A stretch of 36,195 nucleotides of DNA, from assembly GCA_026125585.1 (NCBI GenBank), contig JAHCLD010000002.1, positions 1-36,195 of the forward strand, given 5' to 3'. The position numbers and the translations under genes were made by a program. The notes beneath the pieces are model-generated. The model worked only from the letters and a program-made list of their open reading frames with translations, made no database searches and had not been told where the DNA came from. The DNA comes from Burkholderiales bacterium. Lineage in GTDB: Bacteria > Pseudomonadota > Gammaproteobacteria > Burkholderiales > SG8-41. Shown one piece after another: positions 9,602 to 18,755 of this stretch (its first letter is position 1; each line of letters opens with the position of its first letter).

Positions 9602-10576
9602 TTGAAACTGCTGATCATGATATTCGCCGCCGCCTTGGCGGTGCCCGCAGCCCAGGCCCAGCAGGGCTGGTCGCCCACCCGCAACGTCGAGATCGTCGTC
9701 GGCTCCGCTCCCGGGGGCAGCAACGACAAGACCGCGCGCACGGTCGAGAAGGCCATCGTCGAGGCCAAGCTGATCCCGACCTCGCTGACCGTGGTCAACC
9801 GTCCCGGCGGCGGCAGCTCGATCGCCTTCAACTACGTCAGCCAGCGCAAGGGGGATCCGCACACGCTGCTGATCGGCACCACCGCGCTGCTGACCAACCA
9901 CATCGTCGGCACCAGCCCGCTGAGCTACATGGATTTCACGCCGGTGGCCTCGCTGTTCAACGACTACGTGGTGTTCGCGGTCAACGTTAACTCGCCGATC
10001 AAGACCGGCAAGGACCTGATCGCGAAGCTGAAGGAGAACCCCCAGTCGGTGTCCATCGGCTTCGCCACCACGCTGGGCAGCCACAACCACATTGCCGCCG
10101 GGCTGCTCGCCAAGAGCGTCGGCGTCAACGCGCGCAACCTGAAGGCCATCGCGTTCAAGGGCTCCGCGGAAGCCATCACCCAGGTGCTGGGCGGCCATAT
10201 CGACATGGTGACCACGGCGGCGGGCAACGTCGCGGGCCATCTCGCCGAGGGCCGGATACGCGTGATCGGCGTGTCCTCGGACAAGCGTTTCCCCGGGGCC
10301 TTCGCCCAGGTGCCGACCTGGAAGGAGCAGGGCGCCGACCTGGTCTACGGCGGCTGGCGCGCGATCATGGCGCCCAAGGACATCACGCCGGCCCAGGTTG
10401 CCTACTGGGAGGGTGTGCTGCGCAAGGCGGTATCGAATCCGGACTGGAAGGCCGATCTCGAGAAAAACTACTGGTCGGACGACTTCGTCGGCAGCGCGCA
10501 GTTCAGCAAGGATATCGTCAAGGACTACAACGACATCAAGGCCGTTCTGGTCGACATCGGCCTCGCCAAGCAGTAG
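9602..10576 (+). CDS. TctC family periplasmic substrate-binding protein (second subfamily)
   Basis: TTG start preceded by GAGGAG. Signal peptide ending AQAQQ, then GWSPTRNVEIVVGSAPGG. It is a paralog of the genes at 18756, 19900, 22180 and 29760. Confidence 0.8.
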   Translation: MKLLIMIFAAALAVPAAQAQQGWSPTRNVEIVVGSAPGGSNDKTARTVEKAIVEAKLIPTSLTVVNRPGGGSSIAFNYVSQRKGDPHTLLIGTTALLTNHIVGTSPLSYMDFTPVASLFNDYVVFAVNVNSPIKTGKDLIAKLKENPQSVSIGFATTLGSHNHIAAGLLAKSVGVNARNLKAIAFKGSAEAITQVLGGHIDMVTTAAGNVAGHLAEGRIRVIGVSSDKRFPGAFAQVPTWKEQGADLVYGGWRAIMAPKDITPAQVAYWEGVLRKAVSNPDWKADLEKNYWSDDFVGSAQFSKDIVKDYNDIKAVLVDIGLAKQ

Positions 10577-10591
10577 GCGGCGAGCCGCCGG

Positions 10592-10620
10592 AAACGGGCT
10601 CCCGGCGGAGCCCGTTTTTT
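10592..10620 (+). terminator. rho-independent terminator after the second binding-protein gene
   Basis: Stem AAACGGGCTCC / GGAGCCCGTTT with a 4-nt loop CGGC, followed by a T-run (TTTTTT), 16 nt after the stop. Confidence 0.85.
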
Positions 10621-10668
10621 GTTGATTCACCCATTCCGAAAAAACAGCAGGCAACCAGGAGCACTGAC

Positions 10669-11445
10669 ATGAATGCACCCGTCGTCGTCACCGAACGCCC
10701 CGCCGAAGGCGTCGGCCTGATCCGCATCAACCGGCCCGAAGCGCGCAATGCGCTCAACCTGGAGGTGCGCCGGCTGCTCGCCCGGCACCTGACCGAGATG
10801 GGCGACGACGATGCCGTGCGCTGCATCGTGCTGACCGGCAACGACAAGGCCTTTGCCGCGGGCGCCGACATCAAGGAAATGGCGGACGCATCGACCATCG
10901 ACATGCTGCTGCGCGGCACCCAGAAGATGTGGCGCACGATCTACGCCTGTCCGAAGCCGGTGATCGCCGCGGTCAGCGGTTTCGCATTGGGCGGCGGCTG
11001 CGAGCTGGCGATGACCTGCGACATCATCATCGCCGGCGAATCGGCGAAGTTCGGCCAGCCCGAAGTGAAGATCGGCATCATCCCCGGCGGCGGCGGCACC
11101 CAGCGTTTTCCGCGCACCGTCGGCAAGTACAAGGCCATGCGTTACGTGCTGACCGGCGACCTGTTCGGCGCCAGGGAAGCCGCCGAGATGGGGCTGGTCA
11201 GCGAAATCGTGCCCGATGCCGAAGTCGAGAAGCGCGCGGTGGCGATGGCGACGCAGATCGCCGAGCTGCCGCCGCTGGCCATCCAGCAGACCAAGGAATC
11301 CGTGCTGAGGGGCATGGACGCGTCGCTGGAAACCGGGCTCACGCTGGAAACACGCACGCTGCAGATGCTGTTCGCCTCGCAGGACCAGAAGGAAGGCATG
11401 GCTGCGTTCATTGAAAAACGCAAACCCAAATTCACGGGACGCTGA
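10669..11445 (+). CDS. enoyl-CoA hydratase/isomerase (crotonase) family protein
   Basis: 258 aa with SD AGGAG. Motifs INRPEARNAL, FAAGADIKEM and VSGFALGGGCELAM. Confidence 0.85.
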   Translation: MNAPVVVTERPAEGVGLIRINRPEARNALNLEVRRLLARHLTEMGDDDAVRCIVLTGNDKAFAAGADIKEMADASTIDMLLRGTQKMWRTIYACPKPVIAAVSGFALGGGCELAMTCDIIIAGESAKFGQPEVKIGIIPGGGGTQRFPRTVGKYKAMRYVLTGDLFGAREAAEMGLVSEIVPDAEVEKRAVAMATQIAELPPLAIQQTKESVLRGMDASLETGLTLETRTLQMLFASQDQKEGMAAFIEKRKPKFTGR

Positions 11446-11627
11446 ACCGGCGCCGGCCGCGCCGATCCTCTCCGGGTCGTGCCGCGGCATGAAACACCGC
11501 GGCCCGGCTGCCGGAGGCTGATCTGGCGACGCCCGCGCGGGAGTGGCTGGCACTGGCCGCACTGTTCGCGGGTGCCACTGCCATCGCCACCGCGCCGCTG
11601 TTCGTCAAGGTCAGCGAAACCGGGCCG

Positions 11628-12410
11628 GTGGCCACCGCGTTCTGGAGGGTGTTCCTGGCGCTGCCGTTGTTGTGGCTGTGGACTCTGGCGAGTGAAGGCT
11701 TCACGCGCCAGGCAGGCCATTTTCGCGGGCATCGCGGCGGACTCTTCGCGGTTGGCGCTTTTTTTGCTGGCGACCTCGCGGTCTGGCACTGGTCGATCCT
11801 GCTGACCTCGGTCGCCAACACCACGCTGCTGGCCAATCTGGCGCCGATTTTCGTCACTGCCGCGGCCTGGCTGCTCTACCGGCAGGCGCCGCGAAAACTT
11901 TTCGTCACCGGACTGGCCGCCGCGATGGCCGGCACCCTGCTGCTGGTCGGCGCCAGCTTCGGCCAGGGCGGCACGGCGCTGCTCGGCGACGGCCTCGGCG
12001 TCATCACCGCGATGTTTTATGCGGCCTACCAGATCGCCGTGACCCGACTGCGCGCGCACATGCCGACAGCGAGCCTGATGGCCTGGAGCAGCACGATCAT
12101 GGCGCTGCTGCTGTTGCCGGTCGCCTGGCTGTCGGGGGAACAGTTGCTGCCGGGCAGCAGCACGGGCTGGCTGAAACTGGTCGGCATCGCGCTGTTCGCG
12201 CAGGTCATCGGGCAAAGCCTGATTGCCTGGGCAATGGCCCATCTGCCCGCGACGTTTTCATCGGTGGGACTGTTGCTGCAGCCGGTGATGGCGACGCTGT
12301 TCGCCTGGCTGCTGCTGGGCGAGACCCTAGGGCTACTGCAGTTCGCCGGTGCGGCGCTGGTGCTCACCGGCATTGCCCTCGCGCGGCGAAGCGCTATAAA
12401 AACCCAATAA
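11628..12410 (+). CDS. DMT superfamily (EamA-like) transporter; the 5' end is unresolved
   Basis: Multi-TM hydrophobic protein with two EamA-like halves. An in-frame TM1-like segment continues upstream to about 11523 without any ATG/GTG/TTG codon (see findings). Confidence 0.65.
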   Translation: MATAFWRVFLALPLLWLWTLASEGFTRQAGHFRGHRGGLFAVGAFFAGDLAVWHWSILLTSVANTTLLANLAPIFVTAAAWLLYRQAPRKLFVTGLAAAMAGTLLLVGASFGQGGTALLGDGLGVITAMFYAAYQIAVTRLRAHMPTASLMAWSSTIMALLLLPVAWLSGEQLLPGSSTGWLKLVGIALFAQVIGQSLIAWAMAHLPATFSSVGLLLQPVMATLFAWLLLGETLGLLQFAGAALVLTGIALARRSAIKTQ

Positions 12411-12429
12411 AATCAAATACTTATAAAAT
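12405..12429 (-). repeat. AT-rich 25-bp element, copy B, inverted relative to copy A. It lies in the gap between convergent genes and includes the EamA stop codon.
   Basis: CAATAAAATCAAATACTTATAAAAT is the exact reverse complement of 2102-2126. It contains AATCAAATACTTA, which matches WATCAANNNNTTR. Confidence 0.9.
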
Positions 12430-12440
12430 ATCTGCGGGTG

Positions 12441-12833
12441 TTAGCCTTCGATCTTCTTTTTCAGCTTCGCCTGATATTTGTCGAGATCGACGACGAAGCG
12501 GTCATGCTCGCATTCACCGACCTGCTCCACGTCGTCGAAGACCCTGATCTTGAAACTCAGGCGCCGCCGGTCAATGCCGGTGAGTTCCACTTCGGCGCGC
12601 ACGCGTTTGCCCATCGGCGTCGGCCCCATGTGGCGGATGGTCACCACCGTGCCGACCTGGCCCTGTCCCGGCTTGAGATGCGGCGCCACCAGTTGTCCGG
12701 CGGCGCTTTCGCAGAACTGCACCATGTTCGGTGTGGAAAAAACCTTGTACTCGCCGCGCTGCGTGGTCATCGCCTCGGTGACCTCGCGCTCGACGGTGAG
12801 TTTCATGCCGGTTTGCAGTGTGTCCATTGCCAT
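12441..12833 (-). CDS. hotdog-fold thioesterase (fluoroacetyl-CoA-thioesterase-like family)
   Basis: 130 aa. The layout LTVEREVTEAMT..FSTPNMVQFCESAA..GTVVTIRHMGPTPMG..V.AEVELTGIDRRRLSFKI is typical of this small thioesterase family. Confidence 0.65.
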   Translation of the reverse strand: MAMDTLQTGMKLTVEREVTEAMTTQRGEYKVFSTPNMVQFCESAAGQLVAPHLKPGQGQVGTVVTIRHMGPTPMGKRVRAEVELTGIDRRRLSFKIRVFDDVEQVGECEHDRFVVDLDKYQAKLKKKIEG

Positions 12834-12975
12834 CCATCCTTGCCTGATTGAACCGCGGGCATTGTAGCCGCCGCCGGTCTGAAAATCAGTGTCGGCCGGG
12901 CCTGTAGCAACAGCGGAAACCGGGATGGGCGAGATGCTTCGTCAAAACGGACGCAAGGCCGGGGCCGCGCAGCGG

Positions 12976-13215
12976 CTATTTTTCGGGATAGGCATCGAAG
13001 GCAATGGCATCGGCGTCGCAGCCCAGCGCCTTGGCCATGCCGGCCAGCGCATCCTCGGTGAGCGCCACCACCGAATACTCGGCCTCGATGCCCTTCGCGG
13101 CAAGGAAGGCTTTTGCCCTGTCCCCGGAGGTCCAGGTCACCACGAGATCGGGCTGGCCGCCGCCGACACTGCGGCTGACCGGAAAACCATCGGATTTGCT
13201 GACGATTGCAAACAT
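12976..13215 (-). CDS. hypothetical small protein (79 aa)
   Basis: ATG 13215 (MFAIVSKSDG...) inside ORF 12976..13311. GC3-rich codons and no recognisable motif. Confidence 0.4.
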   Translation of the reverse strand: MFAIVSKSDGFPVSRSVGGGQPDLVVTWTSGDRAKAFLAAKGIEAEYSVVALTEDALAGMAKALGCDADAIAFDAYPEK

Positions 13216-13468
13216 GGCTGGACCCCCTGCTGTTTGTCGACTGCGCCCGGTTGCCCCGGGCTTCTCCGGCCTGCTGACCCGGTCGGCGGACCTTGAAGCC
13301 GATTCTCCCATAGTCTCCGGGCAACCGTGCGCGCTGCGTTTCCCGCATTGCCGCGGCGCGCAAATGCGGCTGCCGCCCTCGATCCGCAGTGACGGCCATG
13401 CCGGACCGGCGCGCGGCCGGTCAAAAGCATGACGCGCCGGATAGGCGGGAACCGCGAACGCAAACCGG

Positions 13469-13789
13469 TTACCGGTAGATTTTCTCGAAGCCGCTGATGC
13501 TGAAGCCGTTCATCCGGCGCTTGTCGACGAATATGACCGGAACACCCCTTCCGCCGAAGGCCCTGTAGTCGCGACGGGCCGCGGCGTCCTTCTCGATGTC
13601 ATGCTCGACGTACGGAATGCCCTGCTGGCGGAAATAATTGCGGGCCTGCTGGCAGTACGGACACCAGCTGGTGGCGTACATCACGACCCGTCGCTCGTTG
13701 TAGTCGGCCAGTCCGGCCGCCGCGGCCGGGAACGACGCCCAACCGGCCAGTAGGCTGAGGAACATCCGGCGTCTTGCGCGATCGGTCAT
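13469..13789 (-). CDS. glutaredoxin-family protein with an N-terminal export signal
   Basis: CPYC active site in YATSWCPYCQQARNYF, plus GVPVIFV. The N-terminus RARRRMFLSLLAGWASFPAAAAG resembles a twin-arginine signal. Confidence 0.75.
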   Translation of the reverse strand: MTDRARRRMFLSLLAGWASFPAAAAGLADYNERRVVMYATSWCPYCQQARNYFRQQGIPYVEHDIEKDAAARRDYRAFGGRGVPVIFVDKRRMNGFSISGFEKIYR

Positions 13790-13859
13790 GGCGGTGCGGC
13801 TCCGGTGGCTGAAGCCATACTCTACGCCGCACCGGCCGCAAACGCATCTCGGACGAGCT

Positions 13860-14780
13860 TCAGCCGTCGCGTTTCAGCACGGCCTCGATCTCCTCCGCCG
13901 GAACCTTGATGCTGACGCCGGCACGCTCCTGCTGCAGGATCAGGTACGAACGCGAATCGCGCTTTTCCCAGCCACGATTCAGCCCCTCGGTCATTTCGGC
14001 ATAGGTCAGGTTCGCCAGCCGCATCGGCACGCCGATCTCGCGCGCCAGTTCAGTGGCCAGCGTGACGTCCTTGTGCGCGAGCGCCAGCGCGAAATTCGGC
14101 GGGTCGAATTTGCCCTGCAGGAACTGTTCGCCGATGCGGTCGAAAGAACGCTTGCGGCCGAGCGCGCCCTGGCGGATCGCCGCCCACAGCGGCAGCGGTT
14201 CGACGCCGGCCTTGACTCCCATCGTGAACAGTTCCACCAGCGCCAGTTGCATCGAATATCCGGCGCAGTTGTGCACCAGCTTCGCCACCGAGCCGGCGCC
14301 GACCGGTCCGATGTAGATCACCTGGTCGCCGACGGCATCCAGCACCTTGCGGCAGCGCTCGAATTCGGCCTTGTCGCCGCCGACCCACAGCGCCATCTTG
14401 CCGGATTTCGCGCCCGAAGGCCCGCCGCTGACCGGCGCATCCAGGACCGACACTTTTTTCTCCGCAAACCGCGCATGCAGTTCGCGCACCACCGTCGGCG
14501 AATTGGTCGACAGGTCGAACCACACCGTGCCCGGGCGCATGGTCTTGATCAGGCCCTCGGCAACCGCCTTCACTTCCTTCGGTCCCGGCAGCGAGGTCAG
14601 CACCACGTCGGCATCGCGGCCGACATCCTCGACGCTGTCCGCCCAGATCGCGCCCGCCTTGAGGTGGGGCGCCGCGGCCTCCTTGCGCACATCATGCACC
14701 TTCAGCGCAAAACCACCCTTCATCGCGTTGAGCGCAATCGAGGCGCCCATCGTGCCCAGCCCTATGAATCCCACTTGCAT
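13860..14780 (-). CDS. NAD(P)-dependent oxidoreductase, 3-hydroxyisobutyrate dehydrogenase / 6-phosphogluconate-dehydrogenase-like family
   Basis: ATG 14780 with SD AAGGAG gives MQVGFIGLGTMG (Rossmann fold), followed by DAPVSGG and LAHKD motifs. Confidence 0.85.
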   Translation of the reverse strand: MQVGFIGLGTMGASIALNAMKGGFALKVHDVRKEAAAPHLKAGAIWADSVEDVGRDADVVLTSLPGPKEVKAVAEGLIKTMRPGTVWFDLSTNSPTVVRELHARFAEKKVSVLDAPVSGGPSGAKSGKMALWVGGDKAEFERCRKVLDAVGDQVIYIGPVGAGSVAKLVHNCAGYSMQLALVELFTMGVKAGVEPLPLWAAIRQGALGRKRSFDRIGEQFLQGKFDPPNFALALAHKDVTLATELAREIGVPMRLANLTYAEMTEGLNRGWEKRDSRSYLILQQERAGVSIKVPAEEIEAVLKRDG

Positions 14781-14814
14781 CTTCCGCTCCTTTGCCGATC
14801 CGGCATTGTCATCG

Positions 14815-15816
14815 TCAATCAACCTGGATTCCCGCCCTTTTCACGACACCCTCCCATTTCACGATTTCGGCGGAAATGTGCTTTTGGTACTCCGCTGGCG
14901 TCGATCCCACCAGTTCCACCCCGTCACCCCTGAAACGCTCCTGCATTTCCGGCGTGCGCAGCACATCGACAATCCCGCGGTTCAGGATGTCGACGACCGC
15001 GGCCGGGGTCGCCACCGGGGCAAGCACGCCGTACCAATTGGTCACTTCATATCCCGCGACGCCGGTTTCCGCAATCGCCGGCAGCTCGGGCATCGCCGGT
15101 GAACGTTTCGGGCTGGTGACCGCAAGGGCGCGAAGGCGTCCGGTCTTGATGTGGGGAACCGATTCAAGGGGCGTGGCAAACACCATGCTGATCTGCCCGC
15201 CCAGCACGTCGGCAAGCGCGGGACCGCCGCCCTTGTAGGCCACATGCAGCAGCTCGGTGTTCGTCAGCGTTCCCAGCAGCGCTCCGGACAGGTGCTGCAG
15301 GCTGCCCTGTCCGGCGGAACCGTAGGCCAGGCTCCCGGGTTTGGCCTTTGCCAGCGCAAGCAGGTCGGGGATGGACTTCGCCGGTACGGCAGGATGCAGG
15401 ACCAGCACGTACGACTGGCGGGTCATCTGGGTCACCGCCCTGAAATCCTTCAGCAGATCGTACGACAGGCGCCCGTAATGCGTGGCGCGGCGCGCGGTGT
15501 GGGTTCCGGTGATCAGCACGATGGTGTGTCCATCCGGCTGGGCGCGGGCGGCGGTTTCCAGGCCGATGGCCCCGGTGCCGCCGGGCCTGTTGTCGACGAC
15601 GACCGATTGCCCCCACAGGGTGCTGAGCCGCGGCGCGACGGTACGCGCGGTAATGTCCACGCCGCCACCCGGCGCGAGCGGAACGATGAGGCGGACAGGA
15701 CGCTGCGGAAACTGCTGTGCCGAAGCCTCCTCCGGCATGGCGGCGGCAAACATTGCGCAGACGAAACAGAACAGTGATGCAAGACGGGACAGGCCGGCAA
15801 AATGCGGAGCATTCAT
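14815..15816 (-). CDS. Bug/TctC family periplasmic substrate-binding protein
   Basis: SD GAGGAGG. Signal peptide, then QFPQRPVRLIVPLAPGGGVDITAR, VDNRPGGTG and VAYKGG. Same subfamily as the gene at 8605. Confidence 0.85.
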   Translation of the reverse strand: MNAPHFAGLSRLASLFCFVCAMFAAAMPEEASAQQFPQRPVRLIVPLAPGGGVDITARTVAPRLSTLWGQSVVVDNRPGGTGAIGLETAARAQPDGHTIVLITGTHTARRATHYGRLSYDLLKDFRAVTQMTRQSYVLVLHPAVPAKSIPDLLALAKAKPGSLAYGSAGQGSLQHLSGALLGTLTNTELLHVAYKGGGPALADVLGGQISMVFATPLESVPHIKTGRLRALAVTSPKRSPAMPELPAIAETGVAGYEVTNWYGVLAPVATPAAVVDILNRGIVDVLRTPEMQERFRGDGVELVGSTPAEYQKHISAEIVKWEGVVKRAGIQVD

Positions 15817-15888
15817 GAATACCTCCTCGTTGTGGACAGGTATTGCAGAACCCGCGGCTGAAGCCGCTGTTATCGTGACCTGAAGTCC

Positions 15889-15917
15889 ATTCTTTGCCGC
15901 GCCAGACCCAGCGTCAA
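15889..15917 (-). promoter_or_regulatory. possible internal sigma70-like promoter (TTGACG-17 nt-AAGAAT) ahead of the 14815 binding-protein gene
   Basis: Hexamers read on the - strand in the 128-nt spacer after the Fe-ADH gene. Sequence match only. Confidence 0.2.
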
Positions 15918-15944
15918 GCTGCCGACCGCACTATGGAGCCCGCG

Positions 15945-17141
15945 TCACCAGGCGGCTTCCAGCGCGGCCATCAGCGCGCCGCGCTCGCGCAGGAACTCCC
16001 GCCCGGGATCGGCGTTGAAATTCTTCAGCGAAGCCTCCAGCACGTCGCCCAGGCTGTCACGCGGGATGTCGAGTTCGCGCAGCCGCGCCGGCATGCCCGC
16101 TTCGGCAAAGGCCTGTTCGACTGCAGCCGCGGCACGCTCGTGCGGCGGGCGTCCGTCCATCACGCCGAAAGCCCCGGCGATCAGCGCCATCGCCTCCGGA
16201 TCGCGCGCGCCGAAATGGCGGATCACGGTCGCGGTCAGCGCCGAATTGGCTTCGCCCTGGCCGACATGCGCATGCCGGTTGAACAGGGCCGTGGCCAGCG
16301 CATAGGTCACCCGCGCCGGCCAGTGTTTTTCGGTCAGCGCGCCGCCGTCGTCGGCGTCGCGGTTCTGCAGGAAGGCGGCGGCGCACATCTCAATGCGCGC
16401 CGCGGCGTCCGCGGGATCGCCCATGCGCGGATAGGCGCCCCGTGCCAGGCGGAAAGCCTGGAGGCGGTCGCCTTCCGACAACGGCGCCATGCCCGGGGCG
16501 CCGAGATTCATGATGGCGCGCCAGAACACGGAGGTGCCCGTGGTGCGCGCCAGCGACACCGGCGCGGTCAGCAGCGCGTCCTCGTCCCAGAACAGCGCGG
16601 CCGGACGCGTCTTGGGATCGAAGAACTCCATGCGGTTGGGCCGCGCCGGGTCCTTGACCGCCGAGCCGGCGCGGTTCTGCGCCGTGGTTGCCGCGGTCAG
16701 CACGTTGATGATCGGCAGCTTCGGCGCCAGCAGTTTCGGGCTGATCGCCGGCGCGTTGGCCGGATACTGCGTGATCAGCTGTTCCACCGGCGCCTGCTCG
16801 GCGAGCAGGATCGCCACCACGCGCGTGCCTTGGATCACGCTGCCGGCGCCGACGCCGATCAGCATATCGGCGTTGGCCACGCGCGCGGCGGCCGCGGCGG
16901 CCTGCACCGATGCCAGCGTCGTGTCTTTCTCGATTTCGTCGTAACAGCCGGCATAGGCCGGGCCGAGGATTCCGGCGATGCGATCGACCAGATCGGTCTT
17001 GCGCGACACGCTGCGCCCGCACACCACGAAGGCGCGCCGCGATTTCCGGCGTTTCAGTTCCGCCGGCAGATTTTCCAGCGCATCCCTGCCGCTATACAAG
17101 CGCAGCGGATAAGCAACCGCGCGGAAATCGTGCCTGATCAC
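15945..17141 (-). CDS. iron-containing alcohol dehydrogenase family protein (maleylacetate-reductase-like fold)
   Basis: GTG 17141 overlaps the upstream stop (GTGA). It has an Fe-ADH layout with a dinucleotide loop GVGAGSVIQGT and a His-rich metal region NRHAHVGQGEANS. Confidence 0.7.
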   Translation of the reverse strand: MIRHDFRAVAYPLRLYSGRDALENLPAELKRRKSRRAFVVCGRSVSRKTDLVDRIAGILGPAYAGCYDEIEKDTTLASVQAAAAAARVANADMLIGVGAGSVIQGTRVVAILLAEQAPVEQLITQYPANAPAISPKLLAPKLPIINVLTAATTAQNRAGSAVKDPARPNRMEFFDPKTRPAALFWDEDALLTAPVSLARTTGTSVFWRAIMNLGAPGMAPLSEGDRLQAFRLARGAYPRMGDPADAAARIEMCAAAFLQNRDADDGGALTEKHWPARVTYALATALFNRHAHVGQGEANSALTATVIRHFGARDPEAMALIAGAFGVMDGRPPHERAAAAVEQAFAEAGMPARLRELDIPRDSLGDVLEASLKNFNADPGREFLRERGALMAALEAAW

Positions 17142-18718
17142 GGCCGTACGCCGTATTTTGCCTTGGGCCCGAGCTCCGTTGCCAAACGCGGTTGCATGGC
17201 CTTGATGAACCGGCACAGATAAGGACGGGTCTGGCGCGGATCAATCAGGTCCTCGACGGCAAAGGCTTCCGCGGTCAGAAACGGCGAAGTGATTTTTTTC
17301 AGCTCGGCTTCCAGTTCCTTTTCACGCTGCTTCGGATCGGGTGCATTCTGGATTTCCCGCTTGTACACGGCGCTGACGCCGCCTTCCACTGCCAGCGAAC
17401 CCCATTCGCCCGAAGGCCAGGCAACCTTGAAATCGAGCCCGTATTTGTCGATGCCGACACCGCCGCCCATGCCGTAGCATTTGCGCGTGACCACCGAAAT
17501 GATCGGCACGGTAGCCTGGCATTTCGCGTGCACCGCGCGCGCACCCTCGCGCAGGATCGCCGCCTCTTCGGATTCCTTGCCGATCATGAAGCCCGGCACA
17601 TCCATGAAAAAAACGATGGGAATGTGGAAGCAATCGCACAACTCGATGAAATGCGCCTGTTTGCGGGCCGACTTGACGTCAATGCGCCCGCCGACCATCG
17701 GATTGTTGGCGATCACGCCGACGGAATATCCGCCCATGCGGGCCAGTGCCGTAATCGCGGAACGGCCATAAGTTTCCTGAAGCTCGAACAGCGAGCCGCG
17801 GTCAACCACCATTTCCAGCACTTTCTTCATGCTGTACGGCTTGCGCGGCTCGCGCGGCACGATACGGATCAAATCGTCTTCACAGCGGTCAACGGGATCG
17901 TCGGACGGCACGAATGGCGGCAGCTGCCAGACATTGGTCGGCAGGTACGACAGAAAACGCCGGATCATTGCAAAACACTCTTCCTCGCTCGCCGCAGTAC
18001 TGTCGATGGTGCCCGCCTTGTCGACGGCAACCTTGTGGCCGCCCAGTTCCTCCTTGGTGACTTTCTGGCCGAGGCCGCGTTCGACGATGGGCGGCCCGGA
18101 TGCAAAGATGGTGCTGTTTTTCACCATGACCGACCAGTGCGCCATCACCGCGCGCAGCGCAGGGCCGCCCGCGGCGACTCCCAGCACGGCGCTTACCACC
18201 GGCACCATGCCCAGCAATTCCGCGACGTTGACGCCGGGATCGTTGGTATGTCCGGGAAACACCGTGAAGCCGCGCTTGGCCGAAGCCACGCCGCCGCCAT
18301 AACCGTCAATCAGGCGGACCAGCGGAATGCGGTACGAATGGGCAAGATCATCAATGAAACCACCCTGCCCGCCCTTGCGCCGGCCATGCCCCCAGCTGGT
18401 GCCACCGCGCACCGTGGTGTCTTCCCCGCCGATCGCGACCGGACGGCCGTCGATTTCGGCGATGCCCATGACGTAGGGCGCCGGAGTCACCTTGACGAGT
18501 TTGCCGTCCTTGTCGTATTCCCCCTTGCCGGTCAGCTTGCCGACTTCCTGGAAGGAGCCGCGGTCGACGATGCCCGCAATGCGTTCGCGGACGGTGAGAA
18601 ATCCTTTTTCATGGCGCAGCCGCACGGCTTCTTCGCCACCCATGCCTTCAGCCCATTGATAACGCTGTTTGATTTCCTCGGCTTCGCGTTCCCAGCCTGC
18701 TGTTTCAGCTTTGCTCAT
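17138..18718 (-). CDS. acyl-CoA carboxylase carboxyltransferase subunit (PccB-like, 526 aa), here called CT1
   Basis: Two-domain carboxyl_trans architecture. Motifs RERI..VDRGSF.E, DGRPVAIGGED, VPVVSAVLGVAAGG, GVIANNP, DVPGFMIGKESE and VVTRKCYGMGG. Close paralog of the gene at 30767..32335. Confidence 0.85.
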   Translation of the reverse strand: MSKAETAGWEREAEEIKQRYQWAEGMGGEEAVRLRHEKGFLTVRERIAGIVDRGSFQEVGKLTGKGEYDKDGKLVKVTPAPYVMGIAEIDGRPVAIGGEDTTVRGGTSWGHGRRKGGQGGFIDDLAHSYRIPLVRLIDGYGGGVASAKRGFTVFPGHTNDPGVNVAELLGMVPVVSAVLGVAAGGPALRAVMAHWSVMVKNSTIFASGPPIVERGLGQKVTKEELGGHKVAVDKAGTIDSTAASEEECFAMIRRFLSYLPTNVWQLPPFVPSDDPVDRCEDDLIRIVPREPRKPYSMKKVLEMVVDRGSLFELQETYGRSAITALARMGGYSVGVIANNPMVGGRIDVKSARKQAHFIELCDCFHIPIVFFMDVPGFMIGKESEEAAILREGARAVHAKCQATVPIISVVTRKCYGMGGGVGIDKYGLDFKVAWPSGEWGSLAVEGGVSAVYKREIQNAPDPKQREKELEAELKKITSPFLTAEAFAVEDLIDPRQTRPYLCRFIKAMQPRLATELGPKAKYGVRP

Positions 18719-18755
18719 GGTTTCCCTTTTTTGGCCTGCGTCCGCGGCGGCAGCA

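Noticed and set aside
2102-12429. The 25-bp inverted repeats read as terminal inverted repeats of a transposon or genomic island
   Set aside because: There is no transposase, integrase or recombinase between or next to them. I could not see flanking direct repeats. The enclosed genes include housekeeping dapE and corA, with the same GC-rich composition as the flanks. The repeats are still reported as an unexplained motif.
13406-13424. GC-rich hairpin GACCGGC-N5-GCCGGTC downstream of the glutaredoxin gene, considered as a terminator
   Set aside because: On the transcribed (- ) strand the U-run precedes rather than follows the stem, so it does not fit an intrinsic terminator.
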